Shown in pieces: positions 1 through 9,263 of a stretch of DNA of 25,931 bases (positions are counted from its first letter, which is position 1; the number at the start of each line of letters is the position of its first letter). The DNA lies in contig CAYVMY010000007.1 in NCBI GenBank assembly GCA_964452695.1, positions 575 to 26,505 of the forward strand, written 5' to 3'. The position numbers were made by a program, and so were the translations under genes. This DNA comes from an uncultured Dehalococcoidia bacterium. GTDB taxonomy: Bacteria > Chloroflexota > Dehalococcoidia > Lucifugimonadales > UBA2985. The notes beneath the pieces are model-generated. The model was not told the origin of the DNA and made no database searches. It was given only the letters and a program-made list of their open reading frames with translations.

Positions 1-38
1 TTGCTATAGAAGGAATTTGCAGACGTAATAGGTCCCAC
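1..38 (-). CDS. Probable 5' end of the next nuo operon gene (possibly nuoH), truncated by the window edge
   Basis: GTG at 38-36 directly follows the nuoD TAA and the frame is open to the edge (MGPITSANSFYS). The call is positional only. Confidence 0.3.
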   Translation of the reverse strand, partial: MGPITSANSFYS

Positions 39-1142
39 TTAGCGGTCCACCTCTCCCATGTTTATATCTATGCTACCCATGGTAACTATCATATCGGACA
101 ACTTACCTCCGACGAGTAAATCTTTAATGGAGGTCAAGTTTATAAGGGATGGTGATCTAATTTTACACCTGTAAGGCGCTATCCCACCGTTACTAACTAG
201 ATAGAATCCCAATTCCCCTTTTGGTCCCTCGACATGGTCGTAGGCATCTCCTACAGGAGGCCTTACTAACCATGGTACGTCTGCCTTCACCGGACCAGGG
301 CTAATTTGTTTGACACATTCTTGAACTATACGCAGCGACTGCCTCATCTCTTCAATCCTCATAAGGTAGCGGTCGTAATTATCCCCAACCGTCCCGAGAG
401 GTACGTCAAATTCTATCCTGTCATATATCTCATACGGATCCACCTTACGTAGGTCCCAATCGACACCAGAGGCCCTAAGCACTGGACCAGTGATAGAACA
501 ATCTACAGCGGTATCGGCAGGAAGAACACCTACGCCCTTAGTACGAGTCAAGAGGATTTCGTTCCCGGACAGAAGTTGTTCATATTCATCTATGTAGTTA
601 GGCATATCCACCAGAAATTTGTCCAACGCGACCCAGAATTCATCAGGAGCATCCTGAAACACTCCACCTACACGCATATAGCTGAACGTGACCCTGGCGC
701 CACAAAGCATCTCGAAAAGATCCAACACACGCTCTCTCTCTCTGAAACAGTACATCAAAGGGGTCCCAAAAGCCCCTAAGTCCTGAAGAAGGAATCCAGT
801 GGCAACCAAGTGGCTAGCCACCCTCTGAAGCTCCGCTGAAATAACCCTCAAATACATTGCTCTATCCGGGGGTTGTACGCCTGCAAGCTTCTCTACTGAT
901 CTCACGTATGCCAGGTTATTGGACATAGAGGCCACATAGTCCAGACGATCCGTTAAGGTGACTACCTGAGAGTACGTCCTCTCCTCGGCAAGTTTTTCAG
1001 AGCCTCTGTGAAGGTATCCAAACACAGGCTCAAGATCCTGTATAACTTCTCCATCGAAGGTAACCCTCAGCCTGAATACACCATGTGTACTAGGATGTTG
1101 CGGGCCTATATTTACAGTAACTGGCTCTGTTCGTATTGGCAT
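39..1142 (-). CDS. nuoD: NADH-quinone oxidoreductase subunit D
   Basis: NIGPQHPSTHGVFRL, GYLHRGSEKLAE, DRLDYVAS, GEVDR C-terminus; follows nuoC. Confidence 0.97.
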   Translation of the reverse strand: MPIRTEPVTVNIGPQHPSTHGVFRLRVTFDGEVIQDLEPVFGYLHRGSEKLAEERTYSQVVTLTDRLDYVASMSNNLAYVRSVEKLAGVQPPDRAMYLRVISAELQRVASHLVATGFLLQDLGAFGTPLMYCFRERERVLDLFEMLCGARVTFSYMRVGGVFQDAPDEFWVALDKFLVDMPNYIDEYEQLLSGNEILLTRTKGVGVLPADTAVDCSITGPVLRASGVDWDLRKVDPYEIYDRIEFDVPLGTVGDNYDRYLMRIEEMRQSLRIVQECVKQISPGPVKADVPWLVRPPVGDAYDHVEGPKGELGFYLVSNGGIAPYRCKIRSPSLINLTSIKDLLVGGKLSDMIVTMGSIDINMGEVDR

Positions 1143-1163
1143 AACTAGTTCCTCTAATCTACT

Positions 1164-1616
1164 CTACCTAGGTGGCTCCAAATAATCTTTTCTATGTGGA
1201 TGGCCAGGGAATCCTTCCCACAATAGTATTCTCTTAAGATTGGGATGATCTGTGAAGGTTATCCCCATGAGGTCATATATTTCTCTCTCTTGGAGGTCCG
1301 CTCCTCTCCATAAATCTACAACAGAAGCTATTGCAAGGTTTTCTCTACCCCAGCATTTCGTTTTAATTGTCATCTTGTGATTGTGCACTATAGACTGCAT
1401 GTGATATATCAATTCGAAGTATTCTATGTAGTCCACAGCGGATATAGCAACCAAGAAGTCCATCCTGAATTCGGAGTCTTCTTTAAGGAACTTACATACA
1501 TCGTGCAGTAATCCCGGCTGTACCCACACATCGTTCCCATTCCAACTCTCAATAGAGCCTTGGACGGCGCTCCCCACTCTATCCTGCACTTCCTGTCCAG
1601 TTAGGGATACAGTCAT
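1164..1616 (-). CDS. nuoC: NADH-quinone oxidoreductase subunit C
   Basis: EREIYDLMGITFTDHPNLKRILLWEGFPGHPHRKDY motif; ATG abuts the nuoB TAG. Confidence 0.95.
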   Translation of the reverse strand: MTVSLTGQEVQDRVGSAVQGSIESWNGNDVWVQPGLLHDVCKFLKEDSEFRMDFLVAISAVDYIEYFELIYHMQSIVHNHKMTIKTKCWGRENLAIASVVDLWRGADLQEREIYDLMGITFTDHPNLKRILLWEGFPGHPHRKDYLEPPR

Positions 1617-2267
1617 CTATCCCCCTGCCGGCTTTCTTTCCAAGCTATATCTTTTGATCTTTTCGTGAAGCTGCATTATCCCATAGAGCAGTGCATCCGG
1701 ACGTGGAGGGCACCCAGGCACGTAAACATCCACTGGAACAACGCGGTTGACACCTGGAACAACGCTGTACGACTGATAGTAGGGTCCACCGCTGGTCGCA
1801 CAAACCCCCATAGATATTACCCATTTTGGCTCTGGCATCTGGTCATAAATTCGCTTTATTGCCGGGGCCATCTTCCAAGTAACCGTTCCTGCAACAATCA
1901 TCAAATCTGCTTGGCGAGGAGAAGCTCGAAACGCCTCCATTCCAAATCTGGCGATATCAAATCTGGACATGGCAGTGGCCATCATTTCGAAAGCACAACA
2001 GGCCAGTCCAAAAGCTAGAGGGAACATGGATGATTTTCTACCCCAGTTCAACAGCGCATCCACTGATGTGAGCACAACGTTGCCTTCTAGGTCGTCAGGA
2101 ACCTCTATAGCATCGTCCGTATATTGTTCAAGATGAGTGGCTTTCATTTCGTTGATAACTGTGCCTTCGGCCCGATCCAAATCCCAAGTCGTGGAATAAA
2201 GAGGTATCGACACTGGTTGCCCATCTCCAGTTTGAGCAGGATTACCTATCTCATATTGTGAAGCCAT
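1617..2267 (-). CDS. nuoB: NADH-quinone oxidoreductase subunit B
   Basis: [43 protein letters not shown]. Start placed at ATG 2267, just after the nuoA stop. Confidence 0.96.
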   Translation of the reverse strand: MASQYEIGNPAQTGDGQPVSIPLYSTTWDLDRAEGTVINEMKATHLEQYTDDAIEVPDDLEGNVVLTSVDALLNWGRKSSMFPLAFGLACCAFEMMATAMSRFDIARFGMEAFRASPRQADLMIVAGTVTWKMAPAIKRIYDQMPEPKWVISMGVCATSGGPYYQSYSVVPGVNRVVPVDVYVPGCPPRPDALLYGIMQLHEKIKRYSLERKPAGG

Positions 2268-2269
2268 TT

Positions 2270-2653
2270 TTACTCCCACTCTAGGGCTTTATGCTTCCAT
2301 GCATAAGCCCATCCAACTACAAGAATAAGTACGAAAATCATCATCTCTATTAGTGCAAACAAACCTAGTTGTTTATAATGTACTGCCCACGGGTATAGGA
2401 AGACTGTCTCCACATCGAAGATAACAAACAGCAAAGCAAACATATAATACCGAAAATTGAATTGAACCCACCTGCCCCCAATTAGCTCCATTCCACACTC
2501 GTAAGGGCTTCTCTTTATCTCGGTTGGTTTAGACGGCCTAACTCGGATGAAAGCAAACACCCTGGATAGAACCAGAAGGCTGGTTGGCATAATCACCGCC
2601 ACCGCGGTGAATATGGCGATGAGCCCATATTGCCGGAAGTAATCCTCAAGCAC
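2270..2653 (-). CDS. nuoA: NADH-quinone oxidoreductase subunit A
   Basis: [29 protein letters not shown]; three hydrophobic segments. Confidence 0.96.
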   Translation of the reverse strand: MLEDYFRQYGLIAIFTAVAVIMPTSLLVLSRVFAFIRVRPSKPTEIKRSPYECGMELIGGRWVQFNFRYYMFALLFVIFDVETVFLYPWAVHYKQLGLFALIEMMIFVLILVVGWAYAWKHKALEWE

Positions 2654-2919
2654 AGGGGCACTCCTTGTAAATGCTTAGTAGTCAGTGAAACCTGCCAAAA
2701 TATATCATACGACTCTATCATTATCAAGTGAAAAATTACACTAACCGAGGCCAAATCATGTAAAATTCCAAACCTTATCCATTACAACCATGGTTACTCA
2801 TCACACAAAACATACAAGTTTCGTGCTTCCAAATAGTCAACTACAAATATCGGCAATGAAACAGTCCACTTTATGATAAAATGTGCAAGCTAGCTGACAA
2901 AATGTAATCCCTTACTACA

Positions 2920-4215
2920 ATGCGCAAAAGTATCCACTTCCTTTCATATAAATCCTTTCTTTTCTTGACTATAGCCCTAATTCTCGCTGCGACCGCGATA
3001 GGATGCCAATTTCGAGATTTGCTGCGAAGCCCAACTCCAACACCACCCAATCAGATTGATGAAATCATACGATCATGGTCCAATTTGACAGGAGAGATTC
3101 AAGATACCAAGGAAAACACCATCGTAGAAACATGGACTCACATCTCCAATCAATATATAAACAAGGACGATATCAATGTAGATAACGTTAGGGATAATGC
3201 CGTGGGATCTATGGTAGATCTTGTAAACCACATGTCAGAACCGGACCCACTCCAGATACGTGACGCAGCAATAACTGCTATGTTAGACACCCTAAATGAT
3301 CCATACGCGGCATACATGAATCGCAATGAGTACACCAATTTTGTCAACGAAAGTCTCGGTAAATTTAGTGGCATCGGGGTTCGTATTGGATTCAAGAATG
3401 GACAAATGACCGTAATATCCCCGATACCAGGTAGTCCTGCGGAAAAACAAGGAATTGAGAGCGGGGACATAATACTTGAAGTAAACGGGATTAGCACTGA
3501 CGGATGGAGCCTCATGGAAGCAGCTATGGCTATCAGAGGTCCAAAGGGAACAGAAGTAATGCTCCTCATAAAACAAAGTGACCAAAAGCTACCAATTAAT
3601 ATAAAAATAATTAGAGACGATATAGACGCCTCCAGTGTCACCCTGGAAGTTTTGTCGAGTGGAATAGCCAAAATAAATATCTCCAGCTTTGCAGACGACA
3701 CTGATGAAGACTTACAAGAAGCTCTGTCAAATATCGGAACAGATACTCTAGATGGGATCATTTTGGATTTAAGGAGTAACCCAGGTGGGTTGCTGGACAG
3801 TACAGTAGGAGTTGCCAGCCAGTTTCTGAAGGAAGGACTAGTATTATATATGCTTGATTCGGACAACAACAGAACGAATTACCACGTAGAATCTGGAGGA
3901 TTAGCTCTAGAAACACCAATGGCAGTACTGGTGAACCAATATAGCGCCAGCGGAAGTGAAGTGTTAGCCAGGGCTTTGAGAGACCATGAGCGGTCAGTCA
4001 TTATTGGAACTAAAACTTTTGGAAAGGGCAGCGTTAACATAATTCAGCCACTTAGTGACGGTTCAGCAGTACTATTTACAACTGGACACTGGTATTCTCC
4101 CGATGGGCATATTATAGAAGGGATAGGGGTAGAACCTGACCAAAATATCCATATTGACCCTAATGCGGAAAGAGATACTCAACTACAAAGTGCTATTACA
4201 TATTTAACCGAATAA
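2920..4215 (+). CDS. ctpA: S41 family C-terminal processing protease with PDZ domain, possible lipoprotein
   Basis: FSGIGVRI PDZ motif, ILDLRSNPGGLL, SASGSE (catalytic Ser), TFGKGSV (catalytic Lys); hydrophobic N-terminus ending AIGC. Confidence 0.93.
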   Translation: MRKSIHFLSYKSFLFLTIALILAATAIGCQFRDLLRSPTPTPPNQIDEIIRSWSNLTGEIQDTKENTIVETWTHISNQYINKDDINVDNVRDNAVGSMVDLVNHMSEPDPLQIRDAAITAMLDTLNDPYAAYMNRNEYTNFVNESLGKFSGIGVRIGFKNGQMTVISPIPGSPAEKQGIESGDIILEVNGISTDGWSLMEAAMAIRGPKGTEVMLLIKQSDQKLPINIKIIRDDIDASSVTLEVLSSGIAKINISSFADDTDEDLQEALSNIGTDTLDGIILDLRSNPGGLLDSTVGVASQFLKEGLVLYMLDSDNNRTNYHVESGGLALETPMAVLVNQYSASGSEVLARALRDHERSVIIGTKTFGKGSVNIIQPLSDGSAVLFTTGHWYSPDGHIIEGIGVEPDQNIHIDPNAERDTQLQSAITYLTE

Positions 4216-4268
4216 GATACGCAAAAATCTGATATAGATAGCTCTACTATAATAATGTAAAATTAGTC

Positions 4269-4763
4269 ATGCCTCGCGTAAAAAAACCTACAAGAATGAA
4301 AGCCGAATCGAAAACAATCTCAGTGAATCGTCGGGCACGAAGAGATTACGAAATCCTTGAAACCCTAGAGGCCGGGTTAGTGTTAACTGGTACTGAGATC
4401 AAATCGCTAAGGCTAGGAAGAGTGAATATCCAACAATCTTTCGCAAGAGCGTCCGACACGAGCCTTTGGCTATATCAAACCCATATAGCAGAGTACAATC
4501 AAGGCAATATTTATAATCACGAGCCAACCAGACCTAGAAAACTCTTGCTCCACAAAAAACAGATGCGGCAGTTAATGGATTCCATATCTCAAAAGGGGCT
4601 GACCATTGTTCCTCTCAAGATATACATCAAGGGCCATTATGCAAAAGTTGAACTTGGATTGGCTAAAGGGCGTAGACTTTACGACAAAAGACAGGTGATT
4701 GTAGATAGAGATAAGGCTCGTGAAGCAGACAGAGACATGAGTAGAATTGCTCACGGGCGCTGA
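4269..4763 (+). CDS. smpB: SsrA-binding protein SmpB
   Basis: NRRARRDY, EAGLVLTGTEIKSLR, RPRKLLLHK, KGRRLYDKR; adjacent to tmRNA. Confidence 0.97.
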   Translation: MPRVKKPTRMKAESKTISVNRRARRDYEILETLEAGLVLTGTEIKSLRLGRVNIQQSFARASDTSLWLYQTHIAEYNQGNIYNHEPTRPRKLLLHKKQMRQLMDSISQKGLTIVPLKIYIKGHYAKVELGLAKGRRLYDKRQVIVDRDKAREADRDMSRIAHGR

Positions 4764-4777
4764 CAAAGAAATCTGTG

Positions 4778-4786
4778 TGATATAAT
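4778..4786 (+). promoter_or_regulatory. Extended -10 promoter of ssrA
   Basis: TGATATAAT ends 10 nt before the mature tmRNA 5' end. Confidence 0.55.
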
Positions 4787-4796
4787 TCGATCACTA

Positions 4797-5151
4797 GGGG
4801 ACGCGCGGATTCGACAGGGGGTGCCTCTTCCAGATTGCAGGCCGAGGTTCCGTCACCCTCGTAAATCAGACGGGAAACTGTAACTGGCGATAACAAACTC
4901 GCCGCTGCTGCCTAAATAAGGTAGCGCCGTCCATCCTAGCCTACCCTCGAGGGTGTGGCATGGGCGTCATAAAATCGAGGTGCGATATCCAGATGCAGAT
5001 ACGGATCATCTAAGTAAATATCTGTTGGCCTCAGAGAAACCCTAGCCGCGTGAGGTTCTCTGAGGTGAGAATTTTCACTCGGACAAGCCTGTAGTACATC
5101 TCCGGAGAGATCTCTTTGGACGGGGGGTTCGACTCCCCCCCGTCTCCACCA
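4797..5151 (+). ncRNA. ssrA: tmRNA; tag peptide (A)GDNKLAAAA at 4886-4915
   Basis: 5' GGGGACG...GGATTCGAC; 3' GGTTCGACTCCC T-arm; CGTCTCC-A-CCA pairs with GGGGACG; TAACT precedes resume codon GGC; follows smpB. Confidence 0.97.
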
Positions 5152-5215
5152 AAATCCTTGTAAACTCAATCATAAATTCATACTAGGATACATGTTATCC
5201 CCTCTTAAAATAGAA

Positions 5216-5244
5216 TTGACAATACAAGAAAGCGGAGATACAAT
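5216..5244 (+). promoter_or_regulatory. Sigma70-type promoter of the hydrolase-pan operon
   Basis: TTGACA (5216-5221), 17-nt spacer, TACAAT (5239-5244). Confidence 0.8.
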
Positions 5245-5250
5245 TCGGGC

Positions 5251-5393
5251 GCCACTGACTTGGTTGAAGCAGTGAGTTAAGTTATCGCTAAAAGCGAGGG
5301 GGCCGCGGGGATCTTGAGACCACGACGGCAGTTAGAATCTCGTAAGCGTCAAGAAAAGCCTTACCATAGGCGTGGTGGGGCTTTATTTTTTTT
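5251..5393 (+). ncRNA. Structured 5' leader / attenuator, resembling the pan RNA motif
   Basis: Hairpins at 5253-5274 (bulged A), 5285-5297 and 5302-5329 (several unpaired As), then an intrinsic terminator, all upstream of pantothenate genes. Confidence 0.6.
5355..5393 (+). terminator. Intrinsic terminator within the leader
   Basis: AAAGCCTTACCAT-aggc-GTGGTGGGGCTTT (13 bp including G-U pairs), followed by A and T8. Confidence 0.85.
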
Positions 5394-5404
5394 ATGTGGA
5401 TTCC

Positions 5405-6391
5405 ATGTTTAGCTCCATAACTGATGTAGCTGGCATAGAGGTTGGTCACTACACTAACCAGTCAGCGGCGACGGGTTGTACTGTTCTACTCGCTCCTAAT
5501 GGAGCAGTGGCCGGCGTAGACGTACGCGGCTCAGCGCCAGGGACTAGGGAAACTGACCTTCTCCGTACTGGCAATCTGGTAGAAAAGATTCATGCTATCG
5601 GCCTCAGTGGCGGTAGTGCATTTGGGCTCGATACCGCATCCGGAATAGTAAGATATCTCGAAGAGAAAGGTATTGGATTTCCAATAGGATCAGGTGTAGT
5701 GCCTATCGTTCCTGCTGCTATTATATTTGACCTCGGACTAGGTGGAGGATCATTCAGACCTGGGGCTGAAGAAGGCTACCAAGCATGTTTGAATGCATCG
5801 GATAGCATGGTAGAACAAGGCAGTGTTGGCGCTGGAACTGGAGCAACAGTTGGCAAAATATTGGGACGAGAGCAATCCACAAAAGGAGGTCTGGGATCGT
5901 ATAGTCTCAAAGTAGGGAGCGTAACTATCGGGGCCCTAGCTGTAGTGAATGCCTTCGGAGACGTAATAGACCCCAAAGACGGGAAAACGATAGCTGGCCC
6001 AAGAAAAAAACCAGCACCTCCATTATTTGAAAATACAGTGGACCTACTTATAAACCCAGATAACACCAGTCAGGTCCCAGAGTTATCCCCAACAAATACG
6101 ACCCTAGCTGTGGTAGCGTGCGACGCAACATTAACAAAGGAACAAGCTAACAAACTCGCGCAAGTAGGTCAGGATGGCCTTGCTCTGGCCGTAAGGCCTA
6201 GCCACACAATGGTTGATGGTGACATAGTATTTGCCTTGGCCACCGGGAATAATCAGGAACCCCCAAACATGAGGAGCCTATGTGCAGCAGCCTCCGTTGT
6301 CGTATCTAAAGCCATAATAAATGGAGTGTTAGCTGCAACAGCAATCAATGGCATACCGTCTGTGAAAGATCTTGGCATTTTGCAATCTTGA
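5405..6391 (+). CDS. P1/S58 (DmpA/ThnT-like) self-processing hydrolase
   Basis: ITDVAGIEVGH, GVDVRGSAPGTRETD, GGSAFGL, GAGTGA, N-TT autoprocessing site (TNTTLAVVA), HTMVDGDIVF. Start moved to ATG 5405 because the GTG at 5372 lies inside the terminator. Confidence 0.88.
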   Translation: MFSSITDVAGIEVGHYTNQSAATGCTVLLAPNGAVAGVDVRGSAPGTRETDLLRTGNLVEKIHAIGLSGGSAFGLDTASGIVRYLEEKGIGFPIGSGVVPIVPAAIIFDLGLGGGSFRPGAEEGYQACLNASDSMVEQGSVGAGTGATVGKILGREQSTKGGLGSYSLKVGSVTIGALAVVNAFGDVIDPKDGKTIAGPRKKPAPPLFENTVDLLINPDNTSQVPELSPTNTTLAVVACDATLTKEQANKLAQVGQDGLALAVRPSHTMVDGDIVFALATGNNQEPPNMRSLCAAASVVVSKAIINGVLAATAINGIPSVKDLGILQS

Positions 6392-6449
6392 TTGAGGCAG
6401 TATGGGCAATAGTTATGCTTACATTGTATAAATATTGAGTGGGAATAGT

Positions 6450-7364
6450 ATGGCAACAAAGAAAAAAATATCAGTGGGGTTCATAGGATCTGGTCGGATA
6501 GCCAAAGCTTTAGCCTTGGCTTTAGCCCCAAAAGGATATTCTGTGCCCATTGTAGCAAGTCGCAGCTCAGATTCCGCAAAACATCTTGCAGGCCTTATTC
6601 AAGGCTGTAAACCAACTGATAGATTCCAGGATGTAGCTGATATCTGCGACATAGTATTCATCACAACTCCAGACGACCATATAGCAGAGGTAGAAAGTCA
6701 AATAAATTGGAGGATTGGAGTTATAGTAGCCCACTGTTCTGGTGCTGAAACTTCACATATACTCAGTCATGCTAAAACTAACGGAGCCAATGTTGCAAGT
6801 TTCCATCCAATGCAAACGTTCTCAGGATACCCTGACGAGCACGAAAAACTTAGCAATGTGGCCTTTGCATTAGATGGGGATAAACAAGCAACTGATACGC
6901 TCGCGGAATTAGCCTACGCCCTTGGAGGTTGGCCAGTTTTCATAAATCCAGAACTAAGGTCACTTTATCATATCTCTGGATTCCTAGCTTGCGGAGCCAT
7001 ATCCACTCTATTGTCCAAGTCAATAGACTTATGGAAACTAATGGGTTATTCCACACAAGACGGACTAAGAGTCCTTCTTCCTATACTGCACAATACTGTA
7101 GGTAATATCGAGCACTATGGACCTGCCAAATCTCTGACTGGACCGGTGTCTAGAGGAGACATAACTACAGTAAGCAAACACATTGAAGCACTGAGTAACA
7201 ACGCTCCTGATCTGCTTGGACTTTACCGACAGCTATCCATTAATGCTGCCAGCCTTTCAAAACAACTAGGAGGTATAGATGATAAACAGGAATCAGCTCT
7301 GCTCGAAGTACTAGGTACAATATACTATGCAGAAGAATCATCGTCCGAAAAGTCTATCAAATAA
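6450..7364 (+). CDS. panG: Rossmann-like + DUF2520 oxidoreductase, probable PanG-type ketopantoate reductase
   Basis: GFIGSGRIA, HCSGA, SFHPMQTF, LTGPVSRGD; directly upstream of panB. Start at ATG 6450. Confidence 0.8.
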   Translation: MATKKKISVGFIGSGRIAKALALALAPKGYSVPIVASRSSDSAKHLAGLIQGCKPTDRFQDVADICDIVFITTPDDHIAEVESQINWRIGVIVAHCSGAETSHILSHAKTNGANVASFHPMQTFSGYPDEHEKLSNVAFALDGDKQATDTLAELAYALGGWPVFINPELRSLYHISGFLACGAISTLLSKSIDLWKLMGYSTQDGLRVLLPILHNTVGNIEHYGPAKSLTGPVSRGDITTVSKHIEALSNNAPDLLGLYRQLSINAASLSKQLGGIDDKQESALLEVLGTIYYAEESSSEKSIK

Positions 7365-7391
7365 ATATTTTCAGCCACAGGGAGGTTTGAT

Positions 7392-8231
7392 ATGCGCCTG
7401 ACAATAAGCGACATCCAAGACCTGAAAACTAAAGGAGAGAAAATCCCTACTATAACAGCCTATGACTATACATCGGCAAGAATAGTTGACTCAGCTGGAA
7501 TACCATTGGTGCTGGTAGGAGACACTCTGGGGCAAGTAGTATTAGGATACGACTCTACAATACCAGTTACTATGGAAGACATGATTCATCACGTAAAAGC
7601 AGTAGTGAGAGGTTCGTCTCGAGCTCATATAGTAGGAGATATGCCATTCATGTCCTACCAAACCAGTTCATATGACGCACTTCGTAATGCTGGAAAATTT
7701 CTACAAGAAGGCGGCGTACAATCTGTCAAACTAGAGGGGGGAGTAGCCATAGCATCTACGGTTCAAAGATTGGTATCTAATGGCATCCCTGTTATGGGAC
7801 ACATCGGGCTCACACCCCAATCTGTTAACCAGATGAGCGGATACAAAGTTCAAGGTAAAACTGTCAAATCAGCGGCTAAATTAATGGAGGACGCAAGGGC
7901 ACTAGAGGAGTCAGGGGCATTTTCCATAGTACTTGAATGTGTTCCCGCCTCTCTTTCGAAATTGATAACAGAGAGATTATCTATTCCAACTATTGGCATA
8001 GGTGCTGGGCCAGACTGCGATGGACAAATTCAAGTATTCCATGACATCTTGGGATTATTCACGGATTTTGTGCCCAAACACACCAAGAGATATGCCGATC
8101 TGAACCACACAATAGGAAATGCAATAATCTCCTATATGGACGAGGTGCGACTACAACAATTCCCAGGGAAAGAGCACGGATATGCCATGAAGGAGAATGT
8201 CTTGGCGGAGCTTCAAGCTCACGTCGATTAA
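7392..8231 (+). CDS. panB: 3-methyl-2-oxobutanoate hydroxymethyltransferase
   Basis: TAYDY, LVGDTLG, DMPFMSY, VKLEGG, GHIGLTPQ, IGIGAG, DGQIQVFHD; GGAGG SD. Confidence 0.97.
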   Translation: MRLTISDIQDLKTKGEKIPTITAYDYTSARIVDSAGIPLVLVGDTLGQVVLGYDSTIPVTMEDMIHHVKAVVRGSSRAHIVGDMPFMSYQTSSYDALRNAGKFLQEGGVQSVKLEGGVAIASTVQRLVSNGIPVMGHIGLTPQSVNQMSGYKVQGKTVKSAAKLMEDARALEESGAFSIVLECVPASLSKLITERLSIPTIGIGAGPDCDGQIQVFHDILGLFTDFVPKHTKRYADLNHTIGNAIISYMDEVRLQQFPGKEHGYAMKENVLAELQAHVD

Positions 8232-8235
8232 GGGT

Positions 8236-9087
8236 ATGAGAACCATATTTTCTGTTCAGGAGATGGTCGACATACGCGATAAACTCGAACGTCCTATGGC
8301 TTTAATCCCTACAATGGGGGCTCTTCATGCTGGTCATGTCTCTTTAGTTGACAAAGCTAAACAGGAAAATGCTAGCGTAGTAGTTAGTATCTTTGTCAAT
8401 CCAGCTCAATTTGGACCCAGAGAAGACTTTCAATCTTATCCGCGCCAACTAGAATCTGACTTGGACCTCTTAGAGTCTCTTGATGTGAATGTAGTATTTG
8501 CACCTGGCCAACAAGACATGTACCCAAACGGGTTCGATACTTGGGTCGAATCCGGAGATATATCGCACAGACTCGAAGGGGAGCAGAGGCCTGGGCATTT
8601 CAGGGGAGTTTCAACAGTAGTAACTAAGCTATTCACCATAACCAGGCCAGATACGGCATACTTTGGTCAAAAGGATGCTCAACAAACCATAGTGATTGGA
8701 AAGCTCAACAGGGATCTCAACTTAGGGGTAAACGTCAAGGTGTTGCCTACAGTACGGGAGTCAGACGGGTTAGCCATGAGCACTCGCAACTCTTATTTGA
8801 AACCAAACGAACGTCAAGCATCAAGAGTATTATTTCAATCTCTAACATTGGCATATGATATGCACTCAAATGGACAGCAAAACGCTAATGACATTAAATA
8901 TGAGATGCGGAAACTTATAGGGAAAGAATCGTTGGCAATAATCAATTATATTAGCGTCGCAGACCTAGATACCTTAGAAGAGATTAAACAAACAAACGAA
9001 GGTGCATTAATCTCCATAGCCGTAAAAATCGGAAAGACCAGGTTAATAGACAACATAACTCTTAGATCCAACTCTAAACATATGTAA
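8236..9087 (+). CDS. panC: Pantoate--beta-alanine ligase
   Basis: PTMGALHAGH, SIFVNPAQF, RPGHFRGV, FGQKDAQQ, RESDGLAMSTRN, RLIDN. Start at ATG 8236. Confidence 0.97.
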   Translation: MRTIFSVQEMVDIRDKLERPMALIPTMGALHAGHVSLVDKAKQENASVVVSIFVNPAQFGPREDFQSYPRQLESDLDLLESLDVNVVFAPGQQDMYPNGFDTWVESGDISHRLEGEQRPGHFRGVSTVVTKLFTITRPDTAYFGQKDAQQTIVIGKLNRDLNLGVNVKVLPTVRESDGLAMSTRNSYLKPNERQASRVLFQSLTLAYDMHSNGQQNANDIKYEMRKLIGKESLAIINYISVADLDTLEEIKQTNEGALISIAVKIGKTRLIDNITLRSNSKHM

Positions 9088-9263
9088 TCATAGACATATA
9101 CGTATAAAGGAAATTGGCTCCTTGACTAATGACAACGAATCCACGAGAGGAACGAAACCCTATTGACCCGATAAGTACGATCAACTAAAGTCAACGGAAC
9201 GGCCAGACATAACATATCAATATTTTTGTACATTACACGACACAGGCATATGGGTGATCAACA

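Noticed and set aside
3150-3869. Long antisense ORFs (e.g. 3150-3869, 1665-2018, 12367-12846, 18215-18649)
   Set aside because: They are shadow frames of well-supported genes on the opposite strand, with no recognisable motifs.
4663-5169. Minus-strand ORFs 4663-4896 and 4936-5169
   Set aside because: They are antisense to smpB/tmRNA.
5251-5350. Leader as a cobalamin, TPP, SAM-I, FMN, ZTP, glycine riboswitch or T-box
   Set aside because: Apart from a chance GCCACTG, the conserved cores of these classes were not found by eye.
9088-9263. panD remnant or ncRNA after panC
   Set aside because: No PanD-like reading frame or clear structure was seen.
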